A program made the position numbers and the translations under genes. The notes below the pieces were generated by a model. The model saw nothing but the letters and a program-made list of their open reading frames with translations, was not told the DNA's origin and did no database searches. Of a DNA stretch of 64,000 nt, positions 1 to 10,203 are shown piece by piece; within the stretch, counting starts at the first letter, position 1; every line of letters starts with the position of its first letter. The stretch spans positions 3,840,001-3,904,000 of the forward strand of contig CBDIID010000003.1 of assembly GCA_965279515.1 (NCBI GenBank). The letters run 5' to 3'. The stretch comes from Turneriella sp. (GTDB taxonomy: Bacteria; Spirochaetota; Leptospiria; Turneriellales; Turneriellaceae).

Positions 1-122
1 CGCAAGGAAAAACTTTCCGAGGTGATGGAGAAAATACGGCGACACCCGGACGCCCGCCGCCCGATCTGATCTATTTATTCGCCGCTGCACGCGGCAAAGA
101 CGGCATCCATGCCAGCCGCATG

Positions 123-1082
123 CTAAGCGCCTGCCTGCGCCTTAGCAACAATCGCCGCGGCTTCGGCGGCTTCTTTGGCTTTTTGCTCGGCAAATACGGG
201 ATCGTATTCGCAGCGGAAGCGTTCCATCATTTTGCCCATCTCATCGTAGAGTTCTTTTGCCATGTCGATGATGACTGACGGGCGGCTCTTGGAGGATTTG
301 CCGCTCCCGTAAAGTTTTGAAAGAAACTGGCGCGAGCTGCCCATGATCGTGTACTTGTCTTTCGGGTTCGTCGCCATCTGTTCAATGAACTTGCGGGTCA
401 GGTATGAGTTGAGATAGATCACGCCGTCGAATGCCCAGTTGAAGTCGAGTGAAGGGCCGAGAATGTATGCAGCTTCTTCCATGGGTTCAATCCCCGATGT
501 CATGGTATCGAGCACGCGCTTGTAGTAGCGCGCCGCTTCAACATAATAAAAATCGCGTAGTTTATCGTAGGGGCGGTAGTTCGCTTCTTTAAAGAGATCG
601 TCGAGAATCCAGGCGGCGCGCAGCGCAGCTACGGCCTTCTTGGGTGTTGGAGCGATGGCGTTGCCGCGCAGGTGATAGCAGTCAACGGCGAGCATATAAG
701 CGATCGCGCCGTGGATGATGTTACGGTTATCACCCATGTCGTATTTGCCAAAAAAAGTTTCGACGACTTTTTGGCGGTGTGCGACCGTGTTCTTAAGGGC
801 CAGTGCTTCTTCGGCGGGAACGTTCGTAAAATCTTTGGGGAAAGCTGAGAACAGGCACTTGGGGCAAACCTGAACGTGATAGACGAGGGGGTTGATCTTA
901 CCCCATTTTTTGTTATCTTCGTAGAGACGCTGTAGTTCTTGAGTCAGTTTGCCGGCGATGAGCCGGCCTGAACCCGAGAGCAGTTCTTCTTTGAAGTGGG
1001 TGGCGCCGCAGACCGGGCATTTGGTGACTTCTTTTGCCCGATAGGATATTTTTTTTTGATTATTTGCCGCGGCTGTTGCCAT
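123..1082 (-). CDS. DUF2225-like zinc-ribbon protein
   Basis: CPVC...CPKC zinc-ribbon pairs followed by a helical region (ALRAAW); start overlaps the stop of the upstream desaturase. Confidence 0.75.
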   Translation of the reverse strand: MATAAANNQKKISYRAKEVTKCPVCGATHFKEELLSGSGRLIAGKLTQELQRLYEDNKKWGKINPLVYHVQVCPKCLFSAFPKDFTNVPAEEALALKNTVAHRQKVVETFFGKYDMGDNRNIIHGAIAYMLAVDCYHLRGNAIAPTPKKAVAALRAAWILDDLFKEANYRPYDKLRDFYYVEAARYYKRVLDTMTSGIEPMEEAAYILGPSLDFNWAFDGVIYLNSYLTRKFIEQMATNPKDKYTIMGSSRQFLSKLYGSGKSSKSRPSVIIDMAKELYDEMGKMMERFRCEYDPVFAEQKAKEAAEAAAIVAKAQAGA

Positions 1083-2023
1083 CAGGTCTCTGCTCCCAGT
1101 TCCAATTTATGATCGTCTATCTTTAGCTCGGTGATCCAGTCTTCATCTTTGGAAGGGGGCGGTACGTCAATAGGTTTACCGTCATACGTGACGCGTTTAC
1201 CCGGATATATCGTGGTCTTCCAGAGATAGACGAAGAGGTTATTCTGGTTCAGCGCCGGGTGCACGTTCGGCTTGATGTTGGTTTCATGCCATTGTGGTAA
1301 CAGGCTCCAGTGCAGGCTCGCACGTTCATGGTGCATGCCGTGGAAGCCGTTATTGAAGGCAAACCAGTTGAGTATCTTACCAGTGAAATTCCGCGTGTGG
1401 TTGTGCGGGTGATTCATATCGCAGCCGTCGTGCTGCCAGTAATTGACGCTGACAATGCCCCAGACGCCGTAATGGTGGGGGATAAAAACCAATAGCAGAA
1501 AAGCCTTCCAGTTGATAAATGCCAAGACACCCTGTGTTGCGAAGAAGAACACCAGCTCTGAAATATACTGGCGGTACCAGCTCGGCTTCTGTTTGCGCAT
1601 CGCTTTGGCGAATGCGCCCTCGTCGCGCGTGATATCAAAGATCATGCGGTAGAAGAAGAACAGCTGGTTTAAGAGATTCCAGCGGAAACGCATCTTTGTC
1701 GTCCGCATGACATCCTTTGGCCCCTGCGTATACTTATGGTGGCTGAAATTATGTCCTGGCACAAAGGCGCTCACGGCATGGCCATAGGCAAATGACAGCA
1801 CGTATTGGAACAGTTTGTTCATCCAGCGTTGTTTGAACATGGGGCTATGGATGGTATTGTGAACAATAACGGCGTTGAAGAACGAGGAATTGCACATGAG
1901 TATAAACAGCACAACGACCATCCAGGTTTCGAGCTGGTTCCAGAAGTAAAATCCGGTGAAAAGCAGGGCGCAATAAACTGCAATAAAAAACAGTGTGCGC
2001 CAGTCAGCAGAGTAACGGAGCAT
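1082..2023 (-). CDS. Membrane fatty acid desaturase family protein
   Basis: Three His boxes (HNTIH, HNFSHH, HGMHH) plus transmembrane segments; ATG at 2023 (MLRYSAD) preferred. Confidence 0.85.
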   Translation of the reverse strand: MLRYSADWRTLFFIAVYCALLFTGFYFWNQLETWMVVVLFILMCNSSFFNAVIVHNTIHSPMFKQRWMNKLFQYVLSFAYGHAVSAFVPGHNFSHHKYTQGPKDVMRTTKMRFRWNLLNQLFFFYRMIFDITRDEGAFAKAMRKQKPSWYRQYISELVFFFATQGVLAFINWKAFLLLVFIPHHYGVWGIVSVNYWQHDGCDMNHPHNHTRNFTGKILNWFAFNNGFHGMHHERASLHWSLLPQWHETNIKPNVHPALNQNNLFVYLWKTTIYPGKRVTYDGKPIDVPPPSKDEDWITELKIDDHKLELGAET

Positions 2024-2118
2024 ATTTCTCGGTGCGCTGCAAAAACACGCCGTCAAGCGGGATTTGAATCGACATGCCCTTTCTCTTGACAGGCCTTATT
2101 TCTGGCCGGAAATGCAAT

Positions 2119-2991
2119 ATGCGGGATGACGGACGCGAGAGCGACAATGTAGAAGACCGGAGGAGCGGCGGCGATTCTGGCGGCGGCGGGTTTCACCTGC
2201 CGTTCGGCAATTTTCGCGGTATGAGCATTGTGGGACTGATTGTCGCCGCGGGTGCAGCTTACTATTTCGATATCGATCCGCGGCTGATCCTCAGCCTCTT
2301 CGAGAGTGGCTCGCGCACCGAGGTGCAGCATTCGGCGCCCGCGCGACCGATACCCGCGAATGATAAGCAGGCAAAATTTGTGTCCGTGGTGCTTGCTGAC
2401 ACCGAAGATGTCTGGCGCGAATTGTTACCGAAAGCGGGTAAACGGTACACAGATCCGAAACTCGTGCTGTTCCGTGGCCAGACACCCACCGCATGCGGGC
2501 GCGGCAAGGCGGCGATGGGGCCGTTCTACTGCCCGGCCGACCGCAAGATCTATATCGACTTAAGTTTTTATGACGAGATGAAAACCCGCTACCGCGCTCC
2601 CGGTGATTTTGCCGAAGCGTATGTCATTGGCCACGAGGTGGGTCACCACGTGCAGAATCTTTTAGGTACGATGGGTAAGGTGCGCCGCCAGCAGGATGGC
2701 CTGAGTGAAGCTGCTTCGAACGCGCTTTCAGTCAAACTCGAATTGCAGGCAGATTGTTATGCCGGGGTCTGGGGACACCACGCCGACAAGGCGCGCCACA
2801 TTTTACAGAAGGGCGATATTGAAGAGGCGCTCGGTGCCGCATCGGCGATCGGCGACGATACTTTGCAGAAGCGTTCAGGCGGTGCCATCGTTCCCGAATC
2901 TTTCACGCATGGCAGCTCGGCCGATCGCGTGCGCTGGTTTAAAAGGGGGATGGACAGCGGTGATCTGAAGGCATGTAACACCTTCGAGTGA
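2119..2991 (+). CDS. Neutral zinc metallopeptidase (YpfJ-like)
   Basis: N-terminal RESDNVEDRR, GPFYCPAD, HEVGHH zinc motif, ELQADC and FTHGSS. Confidence 0.9.
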   Translation: MRDDGRESDNVEDRRSGGDSGGGGFHLPFGNFRGMSIVGLIVAAGAAYYFDIDPRLILSLFESGSRTEVQHSAPARPIPANDKQAKFVSVVLADTEDVWRELLPKAGKRYTDPKLVLFRGQTPTACGRGKAAMGPFYCPADRKIYIDLSFYDEMKTRYRAPGDFAEAYVIGHEVGHHVQNLLGTMGKVRRQQDGLSEAASNALSVKLELQADCYAGVWGHHADKARHILQKGDIEEALGAASAIGDDTLQKRSGGAIVPESFTHGSSADRVRWFKRGMDSGDLKACNTFE

Positions 2992-3001
2992 TGCCGACTT
3001 A

Positions 3002-3213
3002 GAGCCTATCTCAGCAGCCATTCAACCTAGGCGTTTCTGCGAAACGCCTAGGTTGAAACCCACGATTTCCATCTGAAAAAGTCTATGTATGAATCGCAAA
3101 GCTGAAAGCCTCGCAACTTTGCTCTGCAAAGTTGCTGCTAAAGCGGCGAATACGCCTGCTTTCAGCCTTGCGAAAAAAAGAAATCGCGGGTTTCAACCCG
3201 CTGAGATAGGCTT
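3002..3213. mobile_element. MITE-like non-coding element (212 bp)
   Basis: Terminal inverted repeats GAGCCTATCTCAGC (3002-3015) / GCTGAGATAGGCTT (3200-3213), 13 of 14 matching; TTA direct repeats at 2999-3001 and 3214-3216; nested internal hairpins. Confidence 0.7.
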
Positions 3214-3822
3214 TTACTGCCAGTTCAGTTTAAAGTGACCGGCTTCGGTCTTCGTGAAAGAAAACTCTTTCTGCGCGTCGGGGTTCTCATACACTGCGGG
3301 CGTCACGAGCACCTCATACGCATCTGCGGTATCTTCGCCGAGCTTAGAGGCCGTATTCACCTCATGCCCGAAAACATCGAGATCGCCGATACGCAAGACT
3401 TTGCCATAACCGATACCGGCGCATAACAGTACTTTCTCTTCATCTGTTTTTTCTTTATTGTACGCGAGCAGGGTGCGCTGCATCGCGGCTGCGGCCTGCA
3501 AGGCCTTCGTCACGTTACGGAAAATCACGAGCAAACTATCACCCTCGGCCTTCAGTAAAATTCCGTCATGGTCTTCGATGGTGGGAATCAGCAGACGCTC
3601 CGACTCGTAGATCGTCTGCAGAAAATGGATGATGCCGAATTTGGCGACGTTGCGCGAGAAGCCCGAAAGATCGGTGAACATGATTGCCCAGGTCTCGCCG
3701 AACAGATCCCAGATGCGGCTGTCGATCTTGTCTTTATCGGCCCCCGGTTTTAAGCGGTCTTCGATCAGTTTTTCAAGGCGGTCTTCGCTTGCACTCGCGC
3801 CGATCACTCTCCGGTATGCCAT
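3214..3822 (-). CDS. Stand-alone class III adenylate/guanylate cyclase
   Basis: FTDLSGFS, KAEGDSL, GIGYG and DVFGHEVNTASKL motifs; ATG at 3822 preferred. Confidence 0.85.
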   Translation of the reverse strand: MAYRRVIGASASEDRLEKLIEDRLKPGADKDKIDSRIWDLFGETWAIMFTDLSGFSRNVAKFGIIHFLQTIYESERLLIPTIEDHDGILLKAEGDSLLVIFRNVTKALQAAAAMQRTLLAYNKEKTDEEKVLLCAGIGYGKVLRIGDLDVFGHEVNTASKLGEDTADAYEVLVTPAVYENPDAQKEFSFTKTEAGHFKLNWQ

Positions 3823-3914
3823 GGTCCAGACATGGTTTACCGGGGTGGTTTTCAAGCGAATATTGAAACAGCTGATTCTACTTGACGCACAAAAAAAGGA
3901 TTCCATTCATCCTT

Positions 3915-4637
3915 ATGTTAAAAAAATATATCACCCTTGCGGCGATGGGTTTTGCCCTCTTTGCCGCAGCCTGCAGTTCTACAGACAAGAAGGTAGAAGA
4001 AGCAGTGAAACCGGTTGTCGCTGAGATACCGAAAGAAATTCCTAAGAAAGAAGAGCCGCCTGTTGTGGCGAGCCGTTCCGTCGACACGGGTGCCGTGGTT
4101 GATGCGCAGAACGAAAAACTCGCAAAGGTTCCAGTCATGGGCCTGCCGCCTTTTGAAGCCGGTAAGAACATAGACAAGTACGGTAAAGATTCACTCGCTG
4201 CTGCTAAAGCGGCAATTGCCGAGATGCCCGAGGGCCATGTTCTGCAGATCACCGGCCACCATAACCAGCACCCTGACAAAGCCCAACGTAAGGGCAATGG
4301 CCTTTCGCAGCAACGCGCGAAACAAGTGTACGATTATTTCGTGAAAAACGGCATTCCCAAAGAAAAGCTGGCATACCGCGGTATCGGTTCTGCCGAATAC
4401 GACAAAGGTCTCAGCCGTGAAAAAAACCGCCGTGTGACATTCAGAATCGTCAAAGCCGGTGAAGGCGAAGAAGCACCTGCGCCCAAACCCAAGCCAGCTG
4501 CGAAACCCGTACCAAAACCTGAAGTCAAGCCAACAGCTGAAATCAAACCAGAGCCTAAACCTGAAGAGAAACCGGCAGTTCCCGCAGAAGCCAAGCCTGA
4601 AGAAAAGCCTGCAGCCCCCGCTGAAGTCAAGCCCTGA
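3915..4637 (+). CDS. OmpA-family peptidoglycan-binding lipoprotein (Loa22-like) with Pro/Lys/Glu-rich tail
   Basis: Lipobox FAAAC; ITGH, LSQQRA and NRRV OmpA motifs; C-terminal KPE/PAV repeats. Confidence 0.8.
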   Translation: MLKKYITLAAMGFALFAAACSSTDKKVEEAVKPVVAEIPKEIPKKEEPPVVASRSVDTGAVVDAQNEKLAKVPVMGLPPFEAGKNIDKYGKDSLAAAKAAIAEMPEGHVLQITGHHNQHPDKAQRKGNGLSQQRAKQVYDYFVKNGIPKEKLAYRGIGSAEYDKGLSREKNRRVTFRIVKAGEGEEAPAPKPKPAAKPVPKPEVKPTAEIKPEPKPEEKPAVPAEAKPEEKPAAPAEVKP

Positions 4638-4654
4638 GATTTTCCATATTTAAC

Positions 4655-4687
4655 TCCGTTGCTATTGGCAGCGTCATTAGCAACGGA
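4655..4687 (+). terminator. Hairpin downstream of the OmpA gene
   Basis: TCCGTTGCTA...TAGCAACGGA inverted repeat; U-tract weak. Confidence 0.4.
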
Positions 4688-4703
4688 ATTGATCTAAAGT
4701 ATT

Positions 4704-5717
4704 ATGAGCTCAGCTAAATCCCGAATCAAGTCTGTTCTGAAATTTTTCCTGACTGTGGCAATCTCAGGAATATGTCTCTATTTCGCCGCGCGTAAAATAG
4801 AGTTGCAGAAGTTGCAGGATGATTTGCGATCGCTGGTTCCTGAATTTGTGCTTTTTGCCGCATTCATTTCTTTCAGCTCAGTTGCCGGCCGGGCTTTGCG
4901 CTGGCATCTAGTACTGCGGCGTGAACGCAAATTTCCGTATAGTACAAGTTTTTGGGCGACTTCTATCGGTTATTTAGCCAATAATATTTTACCCGCACGT
5001 GCTGGTGAAGTGATCCGTTCCGTGGTTCTCGGTCTTGGCGCTGATATCCGCAAATCTCTGGTACTTGCAACGGCTCTCACCGAGCGCATTCTAGACGCCG
5101 GTATCCTCATGATGATGGCGTTTCTGATGATGCGTTTTGCACCGCAGCTTCCCGAGACGGTGCGAAAATCATGGCTTTTTTTGCTGCCGGTGATCAGCAG
5201 TATTCTAGTACTTGTGTTTCTGGCGCCACTTATGCAGAATTTCTGGCTGAGGATTGCGGCTCTTCTGCCTATTGGAGATAAGTTACGCGAAAAAGTTAAG
5301 AACCTGCTGGTAGGCCTTATCGACGGAGTCCGTAAGTTTCATAGTATTCGTTTGTTACTGGTCTTTATTCTGCTCAGCGTGATCATATGGCTCTTAGATG
5401 CGGTAGGTATGCTCATGATTGCCCGCGCACTTGGCAGCGAAATAACGATTCCGCAGGCGACGATCTTCATTGCTGCCCTTGGATTTGCCAGTAGTGTGCC
5501 TTCTACTCCCGGTTACGTGGGTGTTTTTCAAGCTATTGCGGTGATCCTGTTGCCTGTCTTTGGTATCACTGAACATCGCGCATTTTTGATTGTTTCCTTG
5601 TTCCAGCTTACCGGCTTGGTTGTTACGGCTCTGCTTGGTGCGCCGGGGTGGTTTATCATGCAGCGGCGTATTGGTGCCGCGCGGCTGGAAAAAGAACTCG
5701 CCGAAGAAAATAATTAG
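4704..5717 (+). CDS. Lysylphosphatidylglycerol synthase TM / flippase-like protein (UPF0104)
   Basis: RALRW, NNILPARAGE, ERILD and PSTPGYVG motifs; multiple transmembrane helices. Confidence 0.85.
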   Translation: MSSAKSRIKSVLKFFLTVAISGICLYFAARKIELQKLQDDLRSLVPEFVLFAAFISFSSVAGRALRWHLVLRRERKFPYSTSFWATSIGYLANNILPARAGEVIRSVVLGLGADIRKSLVLATALTERILDAGILMMMAFLMMRFAPQLPETVRKSWLFLLPVISSILVLVFLAPLMQNFWLRIAALLPIGDKLREKVKNLLVGLIDGVRKFHSIRLLLVFILLSVIIWLLDAVGMLMIARALGSEITIPQATIFIAALGFASSVPSTPGYVGVFQAIAVILLPVFGITEHRAFLIVSLFQLTGLVVTALLGAPGWFIMQRRIGAARLEKELAEENN

Positions 5718-7525
5718 GCGTATTTCAGCAAAAATTCCTTGTACCAGGAGCGCGAGCGGTTTTCTTCCAGCGCGATCTTCAGCAATTTCAGGAATTCACG
5801 GATATCGATTTCTTTGACGTCCGAAGTCGATTTAAAAATAAATGGGATTGCCGTACGCACCGAATCTTTCTCCCAGAACAATTCTTCTTTTAGCTTTTCT
5901 CCCGGGCGGATGCCGGTAAAAACAATTGGTATCTCGCTATAGGGTTTTTTGCCTGCGAGCAGAATGAGGCGCTCAGCGAGTTCGACGATGCGTACGGGGC
6001 GGCCCATGTCGAGCGCAAGAATACCCTCGGACTGATCTCCCAGCGAAGCTGCCTGCAACACCAGGCGCACAGCTTCAGGAATCGTCATGAAAAAGCGCTC
6101 CATGTCGGGATGCGTCACCGTGAGCGGGCCGCCTTTCTGGATCTGCTCCCAGAACAGTGGAACGACAGAGCCCGAAGAACCTAACACGTTACCAAAACGC
6201 ACACTCACCGTCTTCAGGCGGCCACTGCCGGTGCGCGGCAAATTGTACATCAACAGCTCGGCCATACGTTTTGTGATGCCCATGATGTTTTCCGGTGCGA
6301 CGGCCTTGTCGGTTGAGATATTCACCATGCGCACCGTTTCACCCACCGGAAGCGTCGAGGCATACTGGTCTGCGGCAAGAATCAGATGCGAGGTTCCGAG
6401 GATATTGGTATCGAGTGCCTGCAGATGGTTGGTTTCCATGAGCGGCACGTGTTTATACGCAGCGGCATGAAAGATGATCTGCGGTTTTTCGGTGGCAATG
6501 ATATCAGCGAGGCGCCGCTCATTACGGATGTCTGCGACCGCGCAGAAAATATTTTCTGAATTGAATTCCTGTTCGAGCTGGTAGACGCCGTGTTCCCATT
6601 GGTCGATGAGCGTGAGGCGCGCGGGCTTAAGCGCCGCAATCTGGCGGCAGAGCTCGCGGCCAATCGAGCCGGCCGCGCCCGTGATCAAAATGCGCCGGCC
6701 GCGGATAGTAGCCTCCACGCGCTTTTCATCGAGCCTGATCTCTGGCCGCCGGATGAGATCTTCGATACGCAGGTTGCGGATGTCGGGTGCAAATTCGTGC
6801 AGCTTGCGCGGAATGACTTTGTAGGCGACGCTGAGCCCCGTCAGGGTGTCCATGACCTGTTTCAGGAAATCAGGCGTCGGCGGCATCGTGAACCAGATCT
6901 CTTTAGCCTGGAATTTTTCGCTGAGTTGCCTGAGGCTAGTCCCCGGAAAAATCTTATACGGCCCGACATGACCACCGGTTTTATCGGTGTCGTTGTCGAC
7001 GATCGCGGCAATCTGATACTTGCCGAGTAAATCTTCGGCGGATAAATCTTCCAGCAGGTGGTGTGCAACGGTGCCGGCGCCGTAGATGATAACGGGTGTT
7101 AAACCCTGCTTTTTGACGAGGGCTTCGGGGTTAAGGCGAAAATACCAGAACAGGCGGTGCAACAGGGTGAAGACGTTTTGCGAAAAAAGCAGAATGGCCG
7201 CCTCCACGGGAAAAAACCTGTGCTGGTAGAGCCATCCCGCCTGCGTCGCCGCAGTACCAACGAGGGAGGCAAAAAACAGGGTGCGCAGCGAGAAAAAATT
7301 CAGGTATTTCAGGTTTGCGCGGTAGAGCCGGAAGCCCGCCAACAGGGCGACATGGAAAAGCGCCGCGGGGAATGCCCACAGCCAAAGTATCTGCACCGCG
7401 TGGAAATAACCGGCATAACTCGCACCCAAAAGAACGAAATCCCCTGTTAAGGTCAGCGCATAAGGTTTCAGCCTGAGAGACGCCACAAGAAGACCATTTT
7501 CTATGTGCCGCCCGCGCTGCCACAT
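5714..7525 (-). CDS. Nucleoside-diphosphate sugar dehydratase, CapD/PglF family
   Basis: N-terminal TM helices; IYGAG, TGAAGSIG, HAAAYKHVP, STDKAV, RFGNVLGSSGSV and GIRPGEKL motifs. Confidence 0.92.
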   Translation of the reverse strand: MWQRGRHIENGLLVASLRLKPYALTLTGDFVLLGASYAGYFHAVQILWLWAFPAALFHVALLAGFRLYRANLKYLNFFSLRTLFFASLVGTAATQAGWLYQHRFFPVEAAILLFSQNVFTLLHRLFWYFRLNPEALVKKQGLTPVIIYGAGTVAHHLLEDLSAEDLLGKYQIAAIVDNDTDKTGGHVGPYKIFPGTSLRQLSEKFQAKEIWFTMPPTPDFLKQVMDTLTGLSVAYKVIPRKLHEFAPDIRNLRIEDLIRRPEIRLDEKRVEATIRGRRILITGAAGSIGRELCRQIAALKPARLTLIDQWEHGVYQLEQEFNSENIFCAVADIRNERRLADIIATEKPQIIFHAAAYKHVPLMETNHLQALDTNILGTSHLILAADQYASTLPVGETVRMVNISTDKAVAPENIMGITKRMAELLMYNLPRTGSGRLKTVSVRFGNVLGSSGSVVPLFWEQIQKGGPLTVTHPDMERFFMTIPEAVRLVLQAASLGDQSEGILALDMGRPVRIVELAERLILLAGKKPYSEIPIVFTGIRPGEKLKEELFWEKDSVRTAIPFIFKSTSDVKEIDIREFLKLLKIALEENRSRSWYKEFLLKYA

Positions 7526-7539
7526 AGAAAACGCTCTCC

Positions 7540-8385
7540 ATGAAAACACCTCCCCAATCTGCTGATGCCGTTGCCGATCTTATCGCCGTAGCGCGCGATT
7601 TGCGGGACAAAAACGGCGGCTGCCCGTGGGATCTCGAGCAAACGCATACGAGCCTGGCAAAGCACCTGCTCGAGGAATCGAGCGAGTTGATTGAGGTTAT
7701 CGAGAAGGGCATCAGCCGCGAAAACGACGCTGAATTTAAGGAAGAACTGGGGGACGTCCTTTTCCAGGTTGTTATCCATGCGCAGCTGGCAGCGGAAGAG
7801 GGGCGCTTTACCTTTAACGATGTCGCACGCTTCATCGCCGATAAGTTGATCTCGCGCCACCCCCATGTCTATGGTAATGTTGTGGCGGATAATCCCGATC
7901 AGGTCTTGAGGAACTGGGAGGCCATCAAAGCACGCGAACGGCAGAAAAAGCAGGCGCGCACCTCTTACCTCGACGGCGTACCGAAAGCCATGGCTGCCCT
8001 GCAGCGCGCCGACAGGCTCGGAGAAAAGGCTTCGCGGACCGGCTTCGACTGGCCCAAGGGCGATGCTGGTACGAAAATGCTGCGGGACAAAGTTGCAGAA
8101 GAGCTCGCAGAACTCGACGAAGCCATCGGCGAGACTCAGGAGCGGGCCACCGAAGAAATCGGCGACCTGTTTTTTGCCCTGGCACAATATTCACGCCGCC
8201 TTGGTATTGATCCCGAAGGGGCGCTCAGGCAGGCATGCAATAAATTTGAAACACGGTTTCGCGCCATGGAAGTCGAAGCGTCGCCGGTGATTGCCGCGGG
8301 TGGCAATCTTTCAGACGCTGAGTGGGATGCCCTTTGGCGGAAAGCTAAGGGGAAGTCGGGGAATCTTCCAACCGATACATTGTGA
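7540..8385 (+). CDS. mazG: Nucleoside triphosphate pyrophosphohydrolase MazG
   Basis: GCPWD.EQT, EELGDVL, RHPHV, GFDW and EEIGDLFF motifs. Confidence 0.93.
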   Translation: MKTPPQSADAVADLIAVARDLRDKNGGCPWDLEQTHTSLAKHLLEESSELIEVIEKGISRENDAEFKEELGDVLFQVVIHAQLAAEEGRFTFNDVARFIADKLISRHPHVYGNVVADNPDQVLRNWEAIKARERQKKQARTSYLDGVPKAMAALQRADRLGEKASRTGFDWPKGDAGTKMLRDKVAEELAELDEAIGETQERATEEIGDLFFALAQYSRRLGIDPEGALRQACNKFETRFRAMEVEASPVIAAGGNLSDAEWDALWRKAKGKSGNLPTDTL

Positions 8386-8758
8386 CGATCAGACGATAGC
8401 CCGAAGTATCAAATGAGTCGTTGATGTTTTTATCCGACCATTTCCATTTACTGTCCGAGCGCGAAAATGATCCCAATAGCAGGCCGTCGGCGCCACAGTT
8501 CGCCGCTTCTACACGCAGGCGCCTCAGGATTTCAGGCCGGTCATAACCGGTACCGTATTGTATTGTGATTTCGCCTAGGTACCGGTGCTTCTGCTCTGGC
8601 AGAGAATAGCTGACGCCAATCTGCTCCGGTGTGTGTCGGGGTTCAGCGCAGCCTTTTTCAAAAATTCTTTTGTCCATGGCAAGACATCCGGTGTGCAAGA
8701 TGCAGCATGCCAGGGCCGTGATGCTGAAAATGCGGATGGTCGGTGTACGCGAAATCAT
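8345..8758 (-). CDS. Hypothetical lipoprotein
   Basis: Hydrophobic signal ending in GC; EAA..GADG pattern as in small YbjQ-like folds; start uncertain. Confidence 0.55.
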   Translation of the reverse strand: MISRTPTIRIFSITALACCILHTGCLAMDKRIFEKGCAEPRHTPEQIGVSYSLPEQKHRYLGEITIQYGTGYDRPEILRRLRVEAANCGADGLLLGSFSRSDSKWKWSDKNINDSFDTSGYRLIVTMYRLEDSPTSP

Positions 8759-8799
8759 CTTTCGCTTTGCGCATCCGCTCCGCGCCACACCCTGACAAT

Positions 8800-10203
8800 A
8801 TGTTAACGGGTGCGGGCCAAATTTCCGGTGACCGTGTCCTGAATGCCTTCGACCGCCTCGCCCGCATCGTTGGAAACAAAAACACCTTGCTCCCCGCAGA
8901 TTCCCGTTTCGGCGATTATCTTAAAGATGAAACTTATCTGCAGGGTAGTGCGGCATTGGTTCTGCGACCCGTTAGCCGCGACGAAGTGACTGCTGTTTTG
9001 CAGGAACTCCATGCATTGCGCCGCGAGTTACCCGGCGACAAGCATCATCTGACGCTGACGCTGCGGGGCGGCGGCAGCGGGCTTTCCGGTGCCGCTGTGC
9101 CCCAGGGTGGCATCGTACTCGATCTGATGCGCATGAACCGCATCCTGGAAATCGATGAGAGAAATTTTTTTGCGCGCGTCGAATGCGGGCGCATACTTTC
9201 TGAAATCTATGATGTCCTGGCGGATAGCCCGCTCAGCTATGCCGTCGACCCTTCTTCGTCTTCGCTCTGCACCCTGGGCGGCAGCATTGCGACCAACGCC
9301 GCCGGGCCGTCTTCGCTGAAGTACGGCACGACACGGCAGAATCTCGCGGCGCTGAGATTTCTCTCGGCTGGCGGCGAACTTGTTTCGGCCGGCGCGTTAC
9401 CAACAAAAACCTCGATGGGGTTTTCACTCACCGACCTGTTCTGTGGCAGTGAGGGCCGCTTGGGTATTATCCTCGACGCCGATATTCGCCTTATACCGCG
9501 CGCCGAAGAAACTGCGCTGATTGTTGGTTCATTTGCGGGCGAAGAGCAAGCCATGGAATTTATTCTGTCTGTGAAAAAGAACGGCGTCAGGCCCAAATGC
9601 ATCGAGATCATTGACGAATATAGCATGGAAATTGCCGGTTTCAACCTGAAAGGCGCCGCGCTGCTGATGATAGAGCTCGATGGCACAGCAGGCGAGATCG
9701 ATTCGGCCCTGGAAAATATCATGACCCTGGGAGGCCGCGTCGAATGGCTTTCGGCGCATGATGAAAAGAGCCGCGCTGCGCTCTGGGCTAAACGTAAATC
9801 CATCACAGCAGAACTCAAGAAGAGGTTCGCCTTCAAATTGGGCGAAGATGTTGCTGTGCCGCTGACTGCACTCGCCCACACGACGGCGTTTGCCCGCACC
9901 CAGGCGGCTGCCCGAAACGTCAGAACGGCAATCTGGGGGCATGCAGGCGACGGCAACCTGCATGTGAACTATTTGCTCGAAAAGGCGGATGACCTTCCGG
10001 TCTTGGATATCTTAATGAAGGAATTGGCCCACGAAGTCACCCGCGTCGGCGGCGCTGTTTCCGGGGAGCATGGCCTGGGCCGGCTCAAGAAAAAATTTGC
10101 CCGCGCGGTCTTGCCTTCTGCGTATTTTGAAATGCAGCAGCGTATTAAAAATGCGCTCGACCCTGAGCATCTGCTGAACCCCGCGCTGGAGCTGGACGCA
10201 TGA
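8800..10203 (+). CDS. FAD-linked oxidase (GlcD / D-2-hydroxyacid dehydrogenase family)
   Basis: RGGGSGLSG, TLGGSIATNAAG, GSEGRLG, GHAGDGNLH and SGEHGLG motifs. Confidence 0.9.
   Translation: MLTGAGQISGDRVLNAFDRLARIVGNKNTLLPADSRFGDYLKDETYLQGSAALVLRPVSRDEVTAVLQELHALRRELPGDKHHLTLTLRGGGSGLSGAAVPQGGIVLDLMRMNRILEIDERNFFARVECGRILSEIYDVLADSPLSYAVDPSSSSLCTLGGSIATNAAGPSSLKYGTTRQNLAALRFLSAGGELVSAGALPTKTSMGFSLTDLFCGSEGRLGIILDADIRLIPRAEETALIVGSFAGEEQAMEFILSVKKNGVRPKCIEIIDEYSMEIAGFNLKGAALLMIELDGTAGEIDSALENIMTLGGRVEWLSAHDEKSRAALWAKRKSITAELKKRFAFKLGEDVAVPLTALAHTTAFARTQAAARNVRTAIWGHAGDGNLHVNYLLEKADDLPVLDILMKELAHEVTRVGGAVSGEHGLGRLKKKFARAVLPSAYFEMQQRIKNALDPEHLLNPALELDA

Noticed and set aside
1..69. Possible 3' end of a plus-strand CDS (RKEKLSEVMEKIRRHPDARRPI*)
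   Set aside because: Too short to support or identify
7131..8187. Long alternative ORFs overlapping capD/mazG (also 9237-9956, 41518-42177, 48227-49099, 50280-51098)
   Set aside because: Antisense or out-of-frame shadows of well-supported genes in GC-rich DNA; no motifs
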